Of a DNA stretch of 64,000 bases, positions 58,819 to 64,000 are shown piece after piece. Origin of the DNA: Promethearchaeota archaeon (GTDB taxonomy: Archaea > Asgardarchaeota > Lokiarchaeia > Sigyniarchaeales > SOKP01); contig JAUVNS010000006.1 of NCBI GenBank assembly GCA_030599585.1, forward strand, positions 32,001 through 96,000. The letters are read 5' to 3'. The first letter of the stretch is position 1. Each line of letters begins with the position of its first letter. The position numbers and the translations under genes were made by a program. Under the pieces are notes generated by a model. It did not search any database. It was not told the DNA's origin and worked only from the letters and a program-made list of their open reading frames with translations.

Positions 58819-59907
58819 TTATTTTTGGTTTACCAAGTATTCGTTCATTTCAACGAAAGAGCTTGTTCGGATGATGGCTGCTTTGAGAAATTGAAACCCT
58901 ATGTCGTAGGTTGACCCGTCTCCACCGATGTGGATAACATATGGCACATCACCTTTGTATAATCCCTTGGCTTTTAAGATTTTATAGGTTGTGCTTATCC
59001 CGTCTGCAACAGTCGCACCTGATTCAAATAAATGGTGAATCCAAGGAACTTTCCACGAGCCTACAAAATCTTTGGAAGTAGAGACCTCAGCACAACTGGT
59101 ATTATTTACGTATATAATATTGTTTCCAGCGATAGCAGAGGCTACAGTTGCCATCTGATTCAATACCATTCCTGCTCCACATCCAGGACAAAGTCCATGT
59201 CCGGGGTGCAGATGAGTTTGTGGTTTTAATGTCCTTCTATTAACCTTATAAAAGTCTACAGGTTTTTCAGCTCCAAATTGTTCAATAAGTCCTTTTAATT
59301 TGAGATTTCGTTGTTCTGTAAAATATATTATCTGGTCAATTTCTTTTTCCATAAATCTTGGTTTAAACAAGTGCTTGAATTTACCCATTGACTTAAGGTA
59401 TTCTACGAACTTTTCTTTATCAATATCTAAACCGCGATAGTAAGAAAATGTTGGTATTCCGTCTTTAACTCTTATGGTATAAAGAGGCCAATATCCACAA
59501 TCAGTAGCTAATTTTGAGATACTTGCCGCATCACCAGCATCGTGACGCCATCCTCGCATGCAATCTGAATAGGATTGAATGAAAGCAGACCCATTTGATT
59601 TTAGAGCATCAGCAACTTTTCCCATGAAATCTGCGGGGTAAGCAGGATTAGCCGTAGCTAAAAATAGAGATTTTGTACCAAAGAAAGCAAAAGGAGTTAC
59701 CAGATCTTGCTTAACACCGATTTTTCCGGGTATTTTTTCACCCCCCGGACCAGTCGTTGTTGAAGCGTACGGTGGAGTTGCTCCTGATTCCTGAATACCT
59801 GTATTCATAAAAGCTTCGTTATCATAGTTAAGAAACAATACATTAGTCTTAGAAGTTCTTGCGAGAATGTCTTCAAATACGATCACATTTCTTTCTGGTT
59901 TTGACAT
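58819..59907 (-). CDS. porB: Pyruvate/2-oxoacid:ferredoxin oxidoreductase beta subunit, circularly permuted
   Basis: YDNEAFMNTGIQ.S.ATP lies near the N-terminus, while PGHGLCPGCG, TSC and GGDGSTYDIGFQ lie in the C-terminal part. ATG at 59907 follows SD GAGGTGG. Confidence 0.9.
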   Translation of the reverse strand: MSKPERNVIVFEDILARTSKTNVLFLNYDNEAFMNTGIQESGATPPYASTTTGPGGEKIPGKIGVKQDLVTPFAFFGTKSLFLATANPAYPADFMGKVADALKSNGSAFIQSYSDCMRGWRHDAGDAASISKLATDCGYWPLYTIRVKDGIPTFSYYRGLDIDKEKFVEYLKSMGKFKHLFKPRFMEKEIDQIIYFTEQRNLKLKGLIEQFGAEKPVDFYKVNRRTLKPQTHLHPGHGLCPGCGAGMVLNQMATVASAIAGNNIIYVNNTSCAEVSTSKDFVGSWKVPWIHHLFESGATVADGISTTYKILKAKGLYKGDVPYVIHIGGDGSTYDIGFQFLKAAIIRTSSFVEMNEYLVNQK

Positions 59908-59908
59908 T

Positions 59909-61132
59909 TTACATATCCACCTCATGAATTTTATCTTTGCTTTCTCTAACACCTAGATATGTGTAGAGTTGTCCTTTCATGTCGTTCACTGATTTCATCT
60001 TCCTTTTAGTGACATCGAATTCGTCTCGCGTGACATCTCTACCACCTAATCCGACAATAAAGCTTCTAAATATAGTATTAAGTGGATATAATGCTGTTGC
60101 GATTGAGGTTGAAAATGGTGGTAGAAGATTGTTCAACGAATCAGATTTCTCTAAAATGATTAATTTTTCAATGTTGTGTTCTTGTACAATTTTTTGTAAC
60201 TCTTCATAAGGGAATGGTCTGTAAGCTCTGATTTTGATTAATCCTATATCTTTATTTTTAGTCATCCAACTAATAATGTTTCCACACATCGAACCCATGG
60301 TAATAAATGCAGTTTTTGAGGAATTATCTAAATTATAGGTTTCAATTAAGTTATAATGGCGACCAGTTGCTTTTCCGAAATCATCAAAAGATTGTTTCAT
60401 TACATCTAACACGGATTTTTTGGCGATATCAAGGCCCATTCTTCCCTCCATAAAAAAGCCTGGCGTGACAAGTCCACCCCAGACTCCTGGACGTTCAGGT
60501 GTGATTGTATGACGAGGTTTTTTTGGTGTTAAATTACGTACGATTTCATCGGGAGTTAACCATAATTTCTGAACTGAATGAGAAATTATAAAGCCATCGT
60601 GAACAAACATAGTTGGGAATAATGAATTGTCAGATATCATTACAGATAAAATTGAGGCATCATATGTTTCTTGGACATTTTCTGACACAATGCAGTTCCA
60701 CCCATAATCGGTTATTACATACTCCCAGCTATTCCAGATAGATATATTTGGGGAGTTGAAAGCACGGGCGGAGATCATCATCGTTAATGGGACTCGCCAG
60801 CCTACAGGCATAGGTAAAGCTTCCGACATCAATAAGTAGCCTTGAGACGCAGTTGCTGTAAATGTTCTAGCACCTGCTGCACAAGCAGCAGTTGAATAAC
60901 TCATAGCTGCTAATTCCGATTCGACATTAACGAATGCTGCTTTCAACCTTCCTTGATGAACCACATCGGATAATCCCTCAACAGACTGCGTTTGAGGCGT
61001 AATCGGGAAAGCACATACAACATCGGGATCCGTTTGAGTGACCCCTCCTGCTACGGCGTAATTACCAATCATTGCAGTTTCAATTGGTTCTTTAATCTCC
61101 TTAAAAAATAATTTCATTGGTTCTACTGACAT
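59909..61132 (-). CDS. porA: Pyruvate/2-oxoacid:ferredoxin oxidoreductase alpha subunit
   Basis: GNYAVA, AFPITPQT, VESE, RTFTATASQG, DGFIISH and GLGGRDV. ATG at 61132 follows GGAGGT. Confidence 0.93.
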   Translation of the reverse strand: MSVEPMKLFFKEIKEPIETAMIGNYAVAGGVTQTDPDVVCAFPITPQTQSVEGLSDVVHQGRLKAAFVNVESELAAMSYSTAACAAGARTFTATASQGYLLMSEALPMPVGWRVPLTMMISARAFNSPNISIWNSWEYVITDYGWNCIVSENVQETYDASILSVMISDNSLFPTMFVHDGFIISHSVQKLWLTPDEIVRNLTPKKPRHTITPERPGVWGGLVTPGFFMEGRMGLDIAKKSVLDVMKQSFDDFGKATGRHYNLIETYNLDNSSKTAFITMGSMCGNIISWMTKNKDIGLIKIRAYRPFPYEELQKIVQEHNIEKLIILEKSDSLNNLLPPFSTSIATALYPLNTIFRSFIVGLGGRDVTRDEFDVTKRKMKSVNDMKGQLYTYLGVRESKDKIHEVDM

Positions 61133-61133
61133 T

Positions 61134-62129
61134 TTAATTACCTCCTTCTTCTGGTGATGCACAAGCGGCAGGACCTTGTTTCGGTCGTTTACTTATGGCT
61201 TGAACGGGACAAATATTTAAACAGTTTTGACAAGCTTTACAGTGAAAGACATCGATTCCAGACATATGGTATTTCCCGTCATCGCCTAATTTTCTTAAAG
61301 TAGCAAAATCGGGGCATATAAACCAACATTGCGCACAATTAGTGCATGTTTCTTCATCCCATATTATTTCCCATTCACCCCACGACCCGGTATTTACTTG
61401 GTCGCTTCCAACAGGGATAATCTCTTCATCGCAATACCAAACACCGGCTTTATCTAAGTCTTTATATCCTGGCAACCCTAGAGATACTTGTTGCCATGGT
61501 ATTTTACTGTCCACTGTGAAATCTGGCTCGATTCCCATATCATAAATACATGTTTCTTCAATTGCTTGTTTAATCGCATGAATATTTTTTCCAGCAATTT
61601 CTCCTTTAAATCGCTTCATTATCGCATCAGATAATTCTTCAAGCGTAAATAGATTTGACACACGAATTAAAGCTCCCAATATAATAGTATTGGTAATATT
61701 TCTTCCTAAAATATCGAGAGCGATTCGAGTTGCATCTATAGTCGCAATATTTATATCCTTACGTTTAACTGCATCTTGAATCGTTAATTGATCCATCTCT
61801 GTATTGACAATTAACCAACCTCCTTTTGGGATACCTGCAGTCACATCAACTTCTGTTAGCAACGATGGATCTAAAACTGAAACAAAATGAGGTCCATATA
61901 CTTGTTCGTTTGATCTAACTAGATCAGAGTTCGCAGAGAGTCTTACATAACTTTCAGTGGGGCTTCCCATACGTTCTGCGCCAAATTTTGGTTGACAAAC
62001 ACCGTAACCATAGAAAGCTTCCACGCAGAGATTTGAAGCAGTTACACCTCCTTGCCCCCCACGGGCATGGAATCTAAGATTTATCGTATAATCATTTAAG
62101 ATTTCTTTAATGTGTTCTGTAGTTAACAT
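61134..62129 (-). CDS. Pyruvate/2-oxoacid:ferredoxin oxidoreductase gamma-delta fusion subunit
   Basis: Gamma part: RFHARGGQGGVTAS, FGAERMGSP, IDATRIA. Delta part: NTGSW plus CTNCAQCWFICP and CKACQNCLNICP (2x[4Fe-4S]). Confidence 0.92.
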   Translation of the reverse strand: MLTTEHIKEILNDYTINLRFHARGGQGGVTASNLCVEAFYGYGVCQPKFGAERMGSPTESYVRLSANSDLVRSNEQVYGPHFVSVLDPSLLTEVDVTAGIPKGGWLIVNTEMDQLTIQDAVKRKDINIATIDATRIALDILGRNITNTIILGALIRVSNLFTLEELSDAIMKRFKGEIAGKNIHAIKQAIEETCIYDMGIEPDFTVDSKIPWQQVSLGLPGYKDLDKAGVWYCDEEIIPVGSDQVNTGSWGEWEIIWDEETCTNCAQCWFICPDFATLRKLGDDGKYHMSGIDVFHCKACQNCLNICPVQAISKRPKQGPAACASPEEGGN

Positions 62130-62410
62130 TTGAATTTTCACTTTTTTTTTTCAAAAAATCGAATTGTAATAAGACTATTATTTCTCCATAATAAAGTTTA
62201 TTCCATTTGAATCATAAGCTACTAATTTGTGCTGAAATGATGAACTATTTAGGATATGAGTCTTTTTCTAATATAATTGTGCAAAAGGTGTTTTATTAAC
62301 TGTCAAAAAATACTGATGGTAAAAATCGTTCTGATGCGATTAACACCCCCAACGAGCAAAAATTAGATAGTTTTGGGATAAATGCACAAGATGTTGAAAA
62401 TAACATTAAG

Positions 62411-63688
62411 TTGACTCCTGATTTTGTTCCAATGATTCGAATAATCTTCTGGAACAGCGTTGGATTCTTTTTCTTTTCTTTTTTAATTCCATTTGTTACA
62501 GTTCAATTATTAGGCGCCACTGGAATCGAATTGGGAATGACATTTGCAGTACAAACAATCGGAGGGTTAATCAGTGCTCCAATTGTTGGTTATCTCACTG
62601 ATAGAGTCTCAAGGAAATTGCTCATTCTAATAGGAAGTTTTGGACGAGCAGTTTGTTATATTCTTATGTATCTTGGTATAATTTTTTCTTCTCTAGTTAT
62701 ATTTGCAATCGGTATGTTTGTACTAGGTTTATTTGCTGGTTTTTTCTGGACACCATTAGATACATTGATATCCGAGAAATCAAATAAAGCAAATCGTTCC
62801 TTCGCTTTTGGAAAGCGAGGAGGAATGATAGGAAAAGGAAATTTACTTGGTTCAGTAATAAGTTTTATCGTTTTTGGTTTGGCTAACTTCTTTGTTCCGG
62901 AAAACCTGTTATTGGTTTACTCTCCACTATTATTATTCGCAGGATCCAATGTTTTTGGAGGAATTACGTTTCATTTAAAGGTAGATGAACATCTTACCTT
63001 AGATAAACATGTCTTTAATTTATTTCCATCTGCTGTTGAACAGTCTCTTATTTCTAAAGAACCTGTTATTCAGGATACAGTAATTAGGTCTAAGAAAAAC
63101 TTAGCCATTGGGTTTTTTATAGGGTTTAGCGTTTTAACCTTATCATTTATGATGAGCAGTATGAATCAATCTCTGGCATATCCATTTTTTCAGGTTTACT
63201 TAATTGAAGAATTAAAAGTAGAAGATCCTATTATGGTAATGGCCATCTATTTTCCGAGTCAAATCCTATCTTTGTTGTTTGCCCCTAAGTTAGGGAAGAT
63301 TGCTGATAAAATTAACCCAATAATAGGCATTGTTTTTGTAAGCGGTCTGGGTGCTTTAGTTACTGGGCTAATTATAAATTCCACTTCAGGGCTTATGTTT
63401 GGGATAATCTTACTTTTTGACTCGACTTTTGCGTGGGGAGGTAATTTAATTCTACAAAACGTCCTCAGCCGAATATCAAAAATCCATCGTGGAAAAATTT
63501 TTGGACTTGCACAATGGTTAAGTCTACTTGGTGCAGTTTTAGGCCCAGTTTTAGGAGGTTTTGCATGGGATGCTCTTGGTCCAAGTGCTCCTTTCGTTAT
63601 TTCGATTTTTATCGAACTCTCCGTGATTCCACTTTATGCTATTGCAATTAAAGCGTTAAAACCTTACATGGCAGAAAAAGTAGAGTAA
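62411..63688 (+). CDS. MFS transporter
   Basis: GYLTDRVSRK motif A and a 12-TM pattern. Possible upstream CTG start at 62300. Confidence 0.88.
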   Translation: MTPDFVPMIRIIFWNSVGFFFFSFLIPFVTVQLLGATGIELGMTFAVQTIGGLISAPIVGYLTDRVSRKLLILIGSFGRAVCYILMYLGIIFSSLVIFAIGMFVLGLFAGFFWTPLDTLISEKSNKANRSFAFGKRGGMIGKGNLLGSVISFIVFGLANFFVPENLLLVYSPLLLFAGSNVFGGITFHLKVDEHLTLDKHVFNLFPSAVEQSLISKEPVIQDTVIRSKKNLAIGFFIGFSVLTLSFMMSSMNQSLAYPFFQVYLIEELKVEDPIMVMAIYFPSQILSLLFAPKLGKIADKINPIIGIVFVSGLGALVTGLIINSTSGLMFGIILLFDSTFAWGGNLILQNVLSRISKIHRGKIFGLAQWLSLLGAVLGPVLGGFAWDALGPSAPFVISIFIELSVIPLYAIAIKALKPYMAEKVE

Positions 63689-63825
63689 ATCAACACGATT
63701 CTACAAAAACATCTAATAATGTTTTAAGTGAATTTTTCATCCTTCGAATCAAGGAATTGTGTAAGGAGTTTCAAAAATTAATACAATTATAAACTTTTAA
63801 ATTCATGACATATTTTCTAATTTGA

Positions 63826-64000
63826 ATGACAGCTCAAGAGAAAGATTACCGTAATAAAAAAGATTTATCGTTCATTAACGACATTAAATCCATGGCTGTA
63901 ATTGGAACCTCAAAAAAAAGAAATTTCTTCTTTTTAAGAAATCATTTTGCTACGTTTAAAGGTCCGATATACGCCGTAAATCCCTCAATCAGTGAAATCT
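63826..64000 (+). CDS. CoA-binding domain protein, probable ADP-forming acyl-CoA synthetase alpha subunit, 3'-partial
   Basis: Not in the ORF track. Translation MTAQEKDYRNKKDLSFINDIKSMAVIGTSKK...FKGPIYAVNP matches the S.AVIGAS...G.IY.VNP pattern. Confidence 0.75.
   Translation, partial: MTAQEKDYRNKKDLSFINDIKSMAVIGTSKKRNFFFLRNHFATFKGPIYAVNPSISEI

Noticed and set aside
59908-59952. Longer N-terminus called for porB (MLEKAKIK...), and likewise for porA (61162), the GTPase (34093), 37150 and 54140
   Set aside because: These extensions overlap upstream genes, SD sequences or T-rich spacer DNA. The downstream ATGs fit better.
2452-61545. Many short ORFs (60-139 aa) in the track that overlap longer genes, e.g. 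2452-2832, 2984-3403, 16383-16625, 42069-42395, 59979-60209
   Set aside because: They are antisense or alternate-frame shadows of well-supported genes and show no recognisable motifs.
1-64000. CRISPR arrays, tRNA/rRNA genes, transposases/integrases, and selenocysteine read-through
   Set aside because: I saw no regularly spaced repeats, cloverleafs, long GC-rich RNA segments or mobile-element ORFs. Genes ending in TGA appear complete. This was a manual scan only; tRNAscan and Infernal were not run.

Overview
This is an AT-rich, gene-dense archaeal chromosomal window, most likely from an Asgard archaeon (Lokiarchaeia). That assignment is inferred from a Loki-CTERM-type sorting tail, a Rab-like small GTPase, HEAT/LRR proteins, GGTGA/GAGGTG Shine-Dalgarno motifs and T-tract terminators. 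Layout: (1) 1-5 kb, two peptide-ABC ATPases with N-terminal extensions and a surface-anchored serine hydrolase; (2) 5-31 kb, ester, hydroxyacid and acyl-CoA catabolism (esterases, FATP-type ligase, Fe-ADH, GctAB-like CoA-transferase, ACADs, crotonases, HOT, MMSDH, AbfD, HACL-like TPP enzyme) around pyrG; (3) 31-35 kb, HEAT-LRR, TrmB-like regulator, Rab-like GTPase and HEAT protein; (4) 35-57 kb, five UroD/MtaA-superfamily paralogues mixed with a sulfatase, GH172, a divergent GH36-like enzyme, sugar transporters and a bacterial-type valS; (5) 57-64 kb, a 2-oxoacid:ferredoxin oxidoreductase operon, a tandem nitroreductase, an MFS transporter and a partial ADP-forming acyl-CoA synthetase. Main findings: the oxidoreductase beta subunit is circularly permuted within its TPP-binding motif; a TTAC-N4-GTAA palindrome recurs upstream of the ester/hydroxyacid genes (candidate regulon); and three genes appear to start at ATT or CTG behind well-placed SD sequences. 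I recognised no rRNA, tRNA, CRISPR array or mobile element. All calls come from manual motif reading, with no database searches.
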